NCBI GenBank assembly: GCA_024626585.2 | Contig: JANKJI020000001.1 | Span: 5,353,674 to 5,379,378 of the forward strand | Direction: 5' to 3' | DNA length: 25,705 bases | From: Ginkgo biloba | Lineage: Eukaryota > Plantae > Ginkgophyta | Part shown: positions 11,656 to 22,858 of the stretch, piece by piece | Layout: each line of letters opens with the position of its first letter | Position numbering within the stretch: the first letter of the stretch is position 1 | Program-made: the position numbers and the translations under genes | Notes under the pieces: model-generated | What the model was told of the DNA's origin: nothing | Databases searched by the model: none | What the model saw: only the letters and a program-made list of their open reading frames with translations

Positions 11656-12132
11656 GCATGTATTTTCCTCTTTATTGCACGTTTTTGTTTCCCGTCCTTT
11701 GTGTCTTTCCATTTTCTATTTTGTACCCTCAGTGAGAATAATAACTAACCTACATGGTAACTTCTGGAGCATTATCGCTATCACAACTATGATATTGGTA
11801 CCTATACATAGGTTGATAATGGATTACCTATATATTGATTGCTTTCAAGTATCAAAGTTGTCACTATATAAAGACTTGTTGAGTAATTCAAGTTACCATG
11901 TTTCTTTGTTGCTAAATGTATTTGTATGTATATTGTATAAAATATATCAAATATTCTTTTGACTACTACAAGATATATTAGATACAAAATATATTAGATA
12001 CACGAGAAGTTCAATTATGACTTTAGGGATCTTCTTAAATGAATATTATGATCATGTAGGGCTTACTTTCAACATTGTGTATCCTTGTCTCTATCCATTA
12101 TTTTTGCCTAGTTTTGGACATTTTTAGTTGAG

Positions 12133-12620
12133 TTTTTTTTTTTTTTTTTTNNNNNNNNNNNNNNNNNNNNNNNNNNNNAATTGGAAAAATTACATACAGT
12201 TACAACAAAATTGGGTGGCATTAGGCACACTCACAGTAGAACAAAGGGCACTTACACTGTGCTGAGGTCCAAAATACCATATCAAAATAGCCTTACAAGC
12301 TATAAACAACAGAGTTTATACAGGAGTGGAGCTATCAAGCTTTGGGTCCCCCGAACCATCCTAGCCACCCTTTTTACAAACATCTCCCTTAGAGGGAGGA
12401 ATGGACCATCCAGATGCTGAAGGTGTGCTTTCCTTTTTGGGGGAAATGGCTAGCTCCAAGGTGGGGGCATTTGCCAAGTCTTTAGCCTTTCCAGGGGAGG
12501 GACCTAGGAGTGGCTAGACCCCTCCCTCCTTTGCCTCTCCATGGAGGCCTACTTCCATTTCTGGATCTGCTTCTATTTCTGTGGTTTTCAGGTGGCTCTC
12601 AGCTCGTGGTGCAAGGCGTA
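12133..12620 (-). mobile_element. Poly(A)-tailed retroposon 3' end (LINE 3' UTR or SINE), antisense
   Basis: At least 18 T at 12133-12150 running into a short gap, then a GC-richer non-coding segment distinct from its flanks. No TSD found. Confidence 0.5.
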
Positions 12621-12869
12621 GAGCTCCAATGATCAATTAGCTCCATTAAGTGAGTGAGTTCTAAATGCACTTTATCAACTTGTACTTTGATCTACAATGC
12701 ATAATTAGCAAGGCTGCAAGAAACATAATGGTTAGTTACCAAGCTATGAGGAGGTGTTTCATCATTATTNNNNNNNNNNNNNNNNNNNNNNNNNNNNNNN
12801 NNNNNNNNNNNNNNNNNNNNNNNNNNNNNNNNNNNNNNNNNNNNNNNNNNNNNNNNNNNNNNNNNNNNN

Positions 12870-14227
12870 TAAAGGTTGGGGTGGTGGAAAATCCACAAGA
12901 AAAGTTGCCAATCATACGAATTGATCACATTCAACCTGCACAGGTTCTCTCTTTTCAGTTGAGCTTTGAAAATTGCAATGGTGAAAACATTTCATACTCC
13001 TCCATTTGCCAATGCAATAAGCCACTATTTGAAAGATCCTCGCCTTTCGCACATCATTCTAGTATTAGCATTCCATCACCTTTAGACCATAAAGGTGAAT
13101 CTTTTTATAATGCATCCACTTGCTCACTGTCCTGATTTTCATTAGAGCTTGAAGTTGATGTCAATTCTTAACTAATGGTCTTGGTGCTTCATTGCAACTC
13201 CTATATTTGCCAAATGTATTGAGTAACATGTAACCTAAAGCTCTTTTGTATGACATAAACAATGTGCTAATAATATGGTTTTAATGCTTCAATGGTTTCA
13301 TACATTGAAAACTTCAACTTCAACTCATCTGTCAAGTAATCATAGCTTCTGCACAAAGCATCAAATTCAAATAAAAATGCATCTGGGTCTTCATTTGTCT
13401 TTCCCAAAAACATTGGGAGAGCATTATAAGAAATATTTTTCATTGGATTTTGCTTCACACCTCCTGACTTCAATAGGAAATCCAATTGTGCCAAATCCAT
13501 TGTTTCCTACTTATGAATCCATTTCATTAATGGTGGAATATCTTATGCATTTCTAACACTTGGAATAAGAGATCTTATTAATGTCCAATTTTTTAAAATT
13601 TGTTAGGATGTTCTTGACCTCTCCTAGGAAAATAAAACTTATCTTAAGAAATAAATGTTTTCTTCTTAGTAACACGTGCTATTTATTAAAAATGATTGAT
13701 TATAATTGAGTTGTCCTATGATAACTCCTCTAATTTCTCTAAAATATCAAGAAAATTTATAGAGATTCTATCATTTCAATAGAATTTCTTAAAATATTTA
13801 TATTCTTTTCTAGAATAGTTGTTGAAATATTTGACTCTAAAAAATATCGCCTCCTTACACTCCCAACTCCTTTTGAATATTTTGGAGAGTCATTCTCTTA
13901 ATAAAAATTCCTTATATTACTTTTAGTTTCTATAGTACCTCTTATAATTTTTTGAGTAGGATCTGATGGTCCTAATAAAAATCCTAATCATCCACTCTCT
14001 TGATAGTTTATTGAAAGTCACCTTTATTTTTTCTAATTTTGAAAAGGAAAAAACCTCCTATATTAATCTTGTGAATGATTTTTAATTCACATTTTCTTCT
14101 AAGAAATAACATTTCCATCAAGTGGTTATGAGAGTGTTACCACTACCTCTTAGAATCACCCATAAATTCTCTACTTTAAATAAAAAATTGGCTAGTCAAT
14201 AATTCTTTCTTGGTCTTATATTTGAAT
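12870..14227 (-). mobile_element. Ty3/Gypsy (Athila-like, non-chromovirus) internally deleted gag remnant
   Basis: MKNISYNALPMFLGKTNEDPDAFLFEFDALCRSYDYLTDELKLK (13310-13443) is the start of a retrotransposon gag domain. It is cut off abruptly and joined to unrelated decayed coding; the upstream part is AT-rich. Confidence 0.8.
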
Positions 14228-14327
14228 NNNNNNNNNNNNNNNNNNNNNNNNNNNNNNNNNNNNNNNNNNNNNNNNNNNNNNNNNNNNNNNNNNNNNNNNN
14301 NNNNNNNNNNNNNNNNNNNNNNNNNNN

Positions 14328-15644
14328 AACACTAAGGAGCATCTTAGAAAAATTATTGAGTGGGTAGAAGCAGCCCAACAATCAGTATGCAGAGAGTTGA
14401 TGAGTTGTCCCATGCCAGCCTATCTAGGCCTGGTCTGATGAAAATCTGCTTGAGGCTTAGTTGGTCTTTGAAAATTGTAAAGAAATGCTTTACATTTTTC
14501 GGAATCTTATCAATAATTTCATCTTTGAATCTGGAATCTTTGATACTGTTTGCAGACATTGTTATGTGGAAGAAATCTCTTATTTGGTGCATGTTCACTG
14601 AGATGAAGAAATCCTTGAGATCTTGCAGAATTGCTAAGAGCTTGAGAGGAGGGTGACCCACAAGAGAACTGTCAAAGATGTTTATGCAGCCTTGCTTGAC
14701 AACCCAGGTAATATTTTGCTTAAAGATAGACAGACGTATTAAAATGTTTTACCAGATTTTTGTATCGACAGTTTGCGGATTTGCTGTGGTAAGAAGATCA
14801 TGACTGGAGCAACATCCACAGTACTTTGCTAGCAGTAAAGATGACCAATCAGTTGAAGGGTTTTGGGATGGTTTCCAAGCTAATTTGGTAGCTAAAGCCA
14901 TGTTTACCAAATGCATTTGTCGTATGCCAAGACCCAATTTCGTTTTGCAAGACATACTTGATGCCAGTTGATGAGATGGAAGCGATGTGATTTGTTCTTG
15001 CTCCTTGAACAAAGAGATCTTTTAATTGATTGATCGATATGGTTCGAATTTGCTTTTGGGGCAGAAAGAACTGACAAGTAGGAATTGTTGAGAGAGTAGA
15101 TGATATGAATACGTGTGTCCTCGCCCAGTTTAAAAAAGCATTTTTCCAACTGTTGAAAGCCATTGAAATTTTCTTTAGAAGGAAATTCCAATCCTCTATT
15201 CTGATGCTTTTTTATTTGATTGGAGCTCCCAGATATTTGATAACCGACTCAGCATCCCCTTCAATGAAACCAAAGATCTTTCATATCTTGGCTCTCAGCC
15301 TAGGATGCGTATGAGAAAAATACAAACAACTTTGGGATTTGTTTGTTTGACTGCCCGTTGCTAGGGTATAATTATTTAGAATTGTCTTGAGAGCCTTGGC
15401 ATTTTGGATGGAAGTCTGTCCAAATAACATTGTATCGTTCACGAAAAGAGCATGGGTGGTAGGTTTTATACTTGAGGAAGCTTTGATGCCTAAAACCTGA
15501 TTGGCTTCCATCCCTACTCTAATGGAAAGACTAAGACCCTCTAACATCATGGCAAAAATGAAAGGGTAAAGAGGGCATCTTTGGCGGATCCCTCTTGAAG
15601 TCTGAAAAAATTCAGTTGGTCCTCCATTTACCATGACTGTTAGG
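14328..15644 (-). mobile_element. L1-clade LINE ORF2 remnant, copy A (RT C-half and C-terminal region)
   Basis: MVNGGPTEFFQTSRGIRQRCPLYPF, THALFVNDTMLF, KYLGAP, LGLGIRQMHLVNMALATKLAWK. Frameshifted. Confidence 0.95.
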
Positions 15645-15743
15645 NNNNNNNNNNNNNNNNNNNNNNNNNNNNNNNNNNNNNNNNNNNNNNNNNNNNNNNN
15701 NNNNNNNNNNNNNNNNNNNNNNNNNNNNNNNNNNNNNNNNNNN

Positions 15744-17307
15744 NCTTAAGATCTTGCAGGATTGGTAAAAGCTTGAGTGGAGCGTGACTTGTAATGGAAT
15801 TGTCAAAAATATCAATGCATCCTTGCTTGATGAGCCCACTTTGTTGAAGGGTTCTGTGATAGTTTCCAGGCTAACTTGGTAGCTAAAGCCATGTTTACGA
15901 AATGCATTTGATGGATACCAAGGCCCTTGTTTCGCTTTGGAAGATAGACCTGGTGCTAGTTGATGAGACGGAAGCGGTAAGAGTTGCTCTTGCCCCCTAA
16001 CTAGAGAAATCATCTGATTGATTGATCAATGTGATTCATGACTGCTTTTGGGGCGGAAAGGATAGACATCTAGAAAATAGGGATTGTTGAGAGTGTAGAT
16101 GATATGAATACATGTTTCCCCAACAAATTCAAAAAGGCATTTTCCCAATTGTTGAAAGCCAATGAAATTTTCTTTAGAAGAAAGTTCTAGTCCACTTTTT
16201 TGATACTTATTGATTTGATTGGGGCTCCCAAATATTTAATAATCGAATCAACATCTCCTTCATTGATACCAAAGATCTTATAGATCTTGGCTCTTAGCCT
16301 AGGATGTGTATGGTAAAGATAGATATAACTTTAAGATTTGTTAATTTGGCTGCCTGTTGCAAGAGGATAATCATTTAGAATTGTCTTGAAAGCCTTGGCT
16401 TTTTGGATGGATACCTGTCTAAATAAAATTGTATCATTAACGAATAGAACATGGGTGATAGATGTTATACCTAAGGAAGCTTTGATGCTTGAAACCTGAT
16501 TGGCATTCAACCCTGCTATGATAGAAAGGCTGGGCCCCTCTGACATCATGGAAAAAATGAAGGGGGAAAGAGGACATCCTTGGCGGATCCCTCTTGAAGT
16601 CTGGAAGAATTCAGTTGGTCCTCCATTAACCATGATTGCTATTTTTGGATTCCAAATGCAGGCTTTGATCCACTTTATGAAAGGCTCTGCAAAATTGAGG
16701 TTTGTGAGAGTTTTGATAATAAATGACCTATCTATCCGGTCATAAGCATTGGATAGGTCTATTTTAGCCATTGTGGATTTGGCTTTATTATGGACCGCAG
16801 AATGCAACGTCTCCTGAGTTACAATGATGTTGTCAAAAATGGATCTCCCTGGTATGAAGCTGCTTTGTTAAGGTGAAATTATCTCATTGAGCAGAGGTTT
16901 GATCTTGTTGGCGATCACTTTAGCAATGATTTTATACAACGTATTGCAAAGTGATATAGGTTTGAAACGGTTGAAATTGATGGCGTTTTTTTTTCGGAAT
17001 TAGGGTCAAGAAGGTAGAATTTATTTACCCTAGGATGGTCCCTTTTATCCGCGACGCCTCCACCATGTCAAGAAGGTCTCCTTTGATTGTATCCCAACAA
17101 TCCATATAGAAAGCCATCTGGACCCGGTGCCTTGTTTGAGGTCATTTCTCAGACTGTTTCATATATTTCCTCGCTATCCACTGGTCTACAAGTAGTTTTG
17201 TTTACACGATCCGAGATCAATGGTTTGATATGCCAGAGAATACGGTCCTGAGCTTTAGTATTAACCTCCTCATTAAGAAAAAAAAAAACATAGCATAGAT
17301 TTGCTCT
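15744..17307 (-). mobile_element. L1-clade LINE ORF2 remnant, copy B (most of RT)
   Basis: NKAPGPDGF, FKPISLCNTLYKIIAK, SFIPGRSIFDNI, AKIDLSNAYDRID, RGIRQGCPLSPF, LFVNDTILF, KYLGAP. Homologous to copy A over ~900 bp. Confidence 0.96.
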
Positions 17308-17517
17308 NNNNNNNNNNNNNNNNNNNNNNNNNNNNNNNNNNNNNNNNNNNNNNNNNNNNNNNNNNNNNNNNNNNNNNNNNNNNNNNNNNNNNNNNNNNNN
17401 NNNNNNNTGCAGGGAGAGCCCAAGAATTGGGCAGGGCTTTTTGGCTATCAACCCTTGCCCCCCATCCACGAACAATAACTATTAACAACACATCTCTTAT
17501 TGCTATACTTAAAAAAG

Positions 17518-17793
17518 GAGAATGCCACATTGCACCTAGCCAAATCGTAGCCAAGTTGTCCTTGCCTTGTCGTGGGTTAGGTAGAGAATGTTGCATTGTC
17601 CTTGGCCAAATTGTAGTCAAGTTATCCCTTGCCTTGTCACGAGATAGGTAGAAAATGCCACATTGCCCCTAGCTAGACCATAGTCTNNNNNNNNNNNNNN
17701 NNNNNNNNNNNNNNNNNCCTTGTCATGGGATAAGTAGAAAATGCCCCATTGCACTTGGCCAAATAATAGTCAATTTGGCCCTTGTCTTGTCAA
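17518..17793. repeat. Degenerate ~66-67 bp tandem repeat, at least 4 units
   Basis: Units start at 17518, 17584, 17651 and 17737 (ga(g/a)aatgccacattgc...caagtt.tcccttgccttgtc...g.taggta). There is a gap within unit 3. Confidence 0.9.
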
Positions 17794-18417
17794 GCAAACA
17801 ACTTAATACAACACTGACTTACCAATTTTGGTGTAGCTAAGCCAAACCATTCTCATTTAAGTGTTGAATAATAGATGGCCCAAACCATCACATCTTCCAC
17901 TTCCAAAGCTTGGTCCAAAACTTACTATCGTATAGCACACTATCTTCTTCATGGATTGTGGGGGCTCTAATTTGGCGATCGTGCCATGCCTTTTGCCCTC
18001 ACTTGTTAGGTAATAAGTATATCTACAACTATCAAGATATGTTATGCTTCTTACAAGTATTTGCATGGCTCTTGAGACTTAAGGGTATCTAATATTGGGG
18101 TAATGTAGGATCTCCCCCTGAGCTTGGTGAGGAATATCTCACAAAATCTATACTAATTTTGCACTGTTGAATTGTGCAACAATAAATAATCAAGTTCATA
18201 ACCCCTTAGCATGAGTGGAAATTAGAGACGCCATAAAGCCCTCCATCCTAAATTCTCCTTTTCCCATAGTTAGACACACGTATGAAGGTGTGAGGCACCA
18301 CTTTGCCTTTCTAGCTTAAACGTGTCTNNNNNNNNNNNNNNNNNNNNNNNNNNNNNNNNNNNNNNNNNNNNNNNNNNNNNNNNNNNNNNNNNNNNNNNNN
18401 NNNNNNNNNNNNNNNNN

Positions 18418-20415
18418 TATTCCTTCTTTAGCAAGATGACACTCATCTTCATCTACTATGAAAACAAGAATGTTGTAATTTGACTCATGTTATAACAATA
18501 ATATTGATTTAAGCTCATAAGCTCCTTGAAACCAATTGACCATTAAGTAGTCTAAGTCATCACCATTAGAACTGTTATCAATTTCTTTTTCCCCTCATAG
18601 TTGGGTTCATGGGGCCTCAACTTTTGTGGTCTCCATGATGCAATGGTAGGATGATTTAGAATATAAGTTGGTAATAGATCTAGAAGACATTGTGGTGCTT
18701 AAAGCTTCATTGTTGATTTTGGTAATCCTTGGCATAATTGTAGCCGTAGGTAACACCATTGATTTCCCATCTTTGCATAATATAAAAGTATAATGCCACA
18801 AATCTTGTAATGCCTTGTTCTTGTAGAACCAATCTCAGCCTAATAGGGTAGGATATGACCTAACTTGGACGATGATCTTCAATCCGGAGAACTCTTGGAG
18901 CACAACTACACTGGCAACAATAACATGACCATTCTCTATTGTGTTAAGAGGTCTTACTTAGGATTGATCAACAATGGAGAATGTATAATCTACATGTATC
19001 ATTTTTGGGCTACCAATAGCTTTCTAGGTGCTCTCCAGAAGGACATTTACAACGAAGCCACCATAAAAAATCCCTTTATCCATTGTATATCCCAAGGCTT
19101 GTATGGACACATGAGGGTTGTTGTCTAATTTTGAATTTTTATTTCTAACTAGTAGTGTTTTAGGATTTTTAACAATGTTGGTAATTTACATAAGTTGCTC
19201 GGATTCCCAACATTGGAAGATGGTGGATAATGCGGTAGGTATCCTCAACTTCATAGGGGTTGTAGTAATAATTTCAAGAATTGAAGCTTGTGTATCACGA
19301 GCAGGTTCAACCATAATAGTTGTGGTAGAAGGTGTCTAATTTAGGGGATTTTTCCAAACGTATGTTGTGATTTTCTACTTACTACAGATATCCTCAATAT
19401 CTTGTTGAGTTTCCTCTGCTCGAAGCCTCTCTGCTTCTTTAGTCAAGCAATGTGCTTCCTCTCTTTTGGCCTTAGAGGTTTTCCCAACTATCTTGAGTAC
19501 TTCTTTTAATACAAAGAATTGATCCTTCTCCTATTTTTTGGGCTTCAAAATTGTGGTGTCATCCATCTTGGCTCTAGTATCGCTCCTTGTGCAAACATTG
19601 ACACCATAGGATATTTGCACTGGCTATTCAACATCGGGTGTCTTGTTGATGAGATTAACTGCCTATTTTTAAAAATATGACCGTTGAGCTCACACAATCT
19701 TTACGAAGCGATCTTTTATCATTTTTCATACATGTGCAATCTCCTGAGCAGTGTCCACACTCTAAATACTTTGTGTAGCAGATGATAGGGGGTTCACCTC
19801 CTTGGTTGGTGTCTTGATAGTTTACGTAGGGGGTTGAATTACCTTAGTAACCACTTCGCTGCCAAGGCCTCGTCCTCGGCCATCTTATTTGTTGGACAAG
19901 TTGAAGTAGCGGTCCTTAGTGTCATAAATATTAGTCTCACGGATCGCACACCATTTCTTTGTGGGAAGAAGTTGCTTGGTATGTTTGTTGCAAGTATATC
20001 CCATTTGATTGTCCTTGGTTCACGAAATGTTGTCTCGGGTGCACTCTTTCTTTTCAAGCTTCTATTGAGTGATTTCAGTACATAACTTTCCTATCTTGTC
20101 ATTTATGGTATCAAAGTTGTCAAGGGATTTCGTCACTAATTGGGTGAGTAATGTAACTTGTGGGGAAGTCATCATATGACCAATTCGATGGCTAAAAGTT
20201 CGATTGGTCAACATACATCTATTTTTCTAAAACCATGGCGAGGTGTTGGACTTGTTCATAACTCTCCATGGGATGTTGTCGATTCTTATTTTGGTAGGTG
20301 GCAATAACTAGTTGCAAGATAGTTCAACATATGTATACTTGTTATTGCATTTCATGTGCCCACTTTTGATCCAAGAATTTGCAGGTAACCATCATCATTC
20401 ATAAAGTTTTCTCCA
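18418..20415 (-). mobile_element. Ty3/Gypsy (non-chromovirus) gag-protease remnant
   Basis: Protease GIFYGGFVVNVLLEST*KAIG...IVDQS*VRPL...SYPTLLG*DWF (18770-19100); GVNVCTRS linker; several decayed Cys/His knuckles (e.g. WCAIRETNIYDTKDRYFN, KYLECGHCSGDC). Confidence 0.82.
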
Positions 20416-20734
20416 NNNNNNNNNNNNNNNNNNNNNNNNNNNNNNNNNNNNNNNNNNNNNNNNNNNNNNNNNNNNNNNNNNNNNNNNGTTCTTAGATCAC
20501 AACTGAGAATGATGGCATGCACATTGGAACCATGACAAAGGTGGATCTCTAAAAGTTGAAAAGAATTGACATTTAATTGCCTCTTCATCAGTCAGGTGGC
20601 AAAGGGTAGTGCTATTGTGGGGTAGGGCCAAACGGTCTAATAGGGTGTTGTAGCTATCTAAGATTAGATAGGATAGTGAATTATCTATGTGGATAATGAC
20701 AGGTGGTACCCCCCCTCCTCTGGTCAGACAAAAT

Positions 20735-21618
20735 CCTTAATTGCCATTATTACGTTTCAAGTTACAGTTGTTACCTTCGTTATTTATTATTATTGAAGTT
20801 GCCTCCACTCTTATTGCCACAATTGTTGTTATTATTGAAGCCTCCATTATTACTTCCATTATTATTGCTGCTATTGGGGTGGTTGAAATTATAATTACTT
20901 CCATTAGTATGGAATCCACCATTAGTGGTGCTATTATTTTGACTACTATTGTTGGTATTCTTGAAGTTGGGGCCATTGAAGCTATGAAGGGATTGGGTTA
21001 TCCGCTGAACATATTGTGTCCCTCATTGAAAGTAGTATGTTGTCTTCCGATCGGATTGTTGGAAGCACCACATGTATTGTCTTTTCCACCAAGTGAATTG
21101 TTTTGATCATTGGAAAGGTTATTTTGGTTACTGAACTAGTTAAAATTATTATTGAAGTTATAATTGAATCCATTTAGTTGATTGATGTTGAAGGAGTTCT
21201 GATTTTGCTCGAAGCTATTATTGCTGGTGTAGATATTCAGATAGCTACTGGAATTAGTGTTAAGCGCATACTAGTTATTACCTTGATTACCATTAAACGT
21301 ATTCTAGGGATTGCTAAAGTTATTGTTGTTCTTACTGAAGTTAAAGTAATAGCCCCTTGGTCTTCATTTTTGTCCATCTACTCATTGGCAACTGCATCCC
21401 ATCACCAACTTCAGTTTGCACACTGTTTACCACTCTTTTGTGGGTCCCTTTAGTGCAAATGTCACCATTGTCACCTTGTTCTCTTCCAAGATTTCAAAGG
21501 AGCGAAAGAATGCCTCTGTCATTCTTCTTAATGACCTAGAGGAAGATCCTGTTCCTCTTCCATCGAAGTCTGGCATTTGCACATTCTTGAGTTGCTGCAT
21601 GTTCTTAAAAACCTTCCA
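20735..21618 (-). mobile_element. Ty3/Gypsy gag remnant with long Asn-rich low-complexity tract
   Basis: MPDFDGRGTG...EAFFRSFEILEENKVTMVTFALKGPTKEW (gag core) followed by AAT/AAC-rich coding (e.g. SNNNGSNNGGFNNNNN). The Ile/Leu-rich + strand ORFs here are its antisense shadow. Confidence 0.8.
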
Positions 21619-22414
21619 NNNNNNNNNNNNNNNNNNNNNNNNNNNNNNNNNNNNNNNNNNNNNNNNNNNNNNNNNNNNNNNNNNNNNNNNNNNNNNNNNN
21701 NNNNNNNNNNNNNNNNNNCTGTGTGGTAACCTAATAGCCATACAATCATACATCACAACTATGTTGCAACTCATTGCTAGTTTTACATAAAGAAGCCCAT
21801 AACTAAATGCAGAAAAATAATACAGCAATGAATGCTCCGATGGATCATCCAATATATATCCATGTCGCCATACAGTCAAGACCTAGAGTTTGGACAATAA
21901 TAGGGCTAAACTTTGTGTACATACAAAGGAGGGTTTTCCTAATTCATTTAGCATGCCCATGCATCGTAGACAACAATAATAGCATTAGATCAACCAAAAA
22001 ATGTCCATGAAAGAGATGCCCTGCTGTATTCTTTCCATCCATGCATAAAACATGTCAAAATCTGTGTACATTATTTTATGGTAGTGAACAACAAGGGTTC
22101 TACAGAGTTAGGGGTTCTGAATACTTACAATTTTTGGGAGCTAACTTGTTCAAAACACTCTGACAAAGATCCTTGCAACCATTATTGAAAATTCTTTCAA
22201 TAGAAATCTGGTGGTGCAACATTATGAATTCCAGCTAGCAACTGGGTGAAAAATGCACTTCAAAACAGGTCACACTCTCTTGATACCTGCAGTACTTTTG
22301 TAACAATTTGGCAGTTCTATGCATTACAATATTCAAGACTCCAGACCTAGGATGGCAATGTCACCCTAGGACAACAATGCAATATAATCTGTGAGAGAGA
22401 AAACCCTAGTGAGA

Positions 22415-22858
22415 TGTTACTAGTTCAATCGCATCTATTAGATTCACATCTAAGAGTTTTCTATCAGAGAGTCAAGTAAACCGGAATAGAAGAGAAGATA
22501 GAGGACAGAGAAAGAAGCCAAAAGCCAGATTTTAAGCCCAAGAGGATGAGAATTGCTGAGCTTATGCAAGACTCTTCCTTTAAAGTTGGGCTATGAGGTT
22601 GTCAATGAATAGATGGACTTGATGTTGGAAATGCCCTAGCCCCAACTGCCATTCTATGACGCTGTTTGTGTCATATTCTATTGGAGGTGCCCTATAGTGG
22701 TTTATTTCCTTGGCCTTTGAAGACTTCTCCCTTCTTCTTCTTCTCCCTACTCCAAGCGGTGCTAGTAAAAGCTGTAGGGCTCACATACTGGTTTCATTAC
22801 TTAACACTTTTCTTTCTTTTTTAAGTTATAATTTGCCTGGATTGATTGGCTAGTAACA
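22415..22858 (-). mobile_element. 3' LTR (444 bp) of a Reina-like chromovirus
   Basis: Bounded by inverted TGTTACTAG (22415) and CTAGTAACA (22850-22858). On the minus strand it is preceded directly by the purine run taaggaaaga and the chromodomain coding. Confidence 0.8.

Noticed and set aside
11732-11800. Frame VRIITNLHGNFWSIIAITTMI looks faintly like Derlin exon 3 (RLITN...MI)
   Set aside because: It lacks the WR motif, has the wrong length and has no in-frame splice sites. The true exon is at 25362-25435.
17518-17793. Repeat array considered as CRISPR-like
   Set aside because: Units are homologous along their whole length with no unique spacers; eukaryotic context and no cas genes.
20488-20730. 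Minus frame DEEAIKCQFFSTFRDPPLSWFQ resembling a Tat gag core
   Set aside because: Short and ambiguous; it could equally be non-coding LTR sequence, so it is not called.
20703-21453. Ile/Leu-rich + strand ORFs that look like membrane proteins
   Set aside because: Antisense reading of the AAT/AAC-rich gag tract.
22275-22290. ctcttgatacct as a minus-strand tRNA-Met PBS
   Set aside because: It mismatches gctctgatacca at key positions and has no adjacent LTR boundary.
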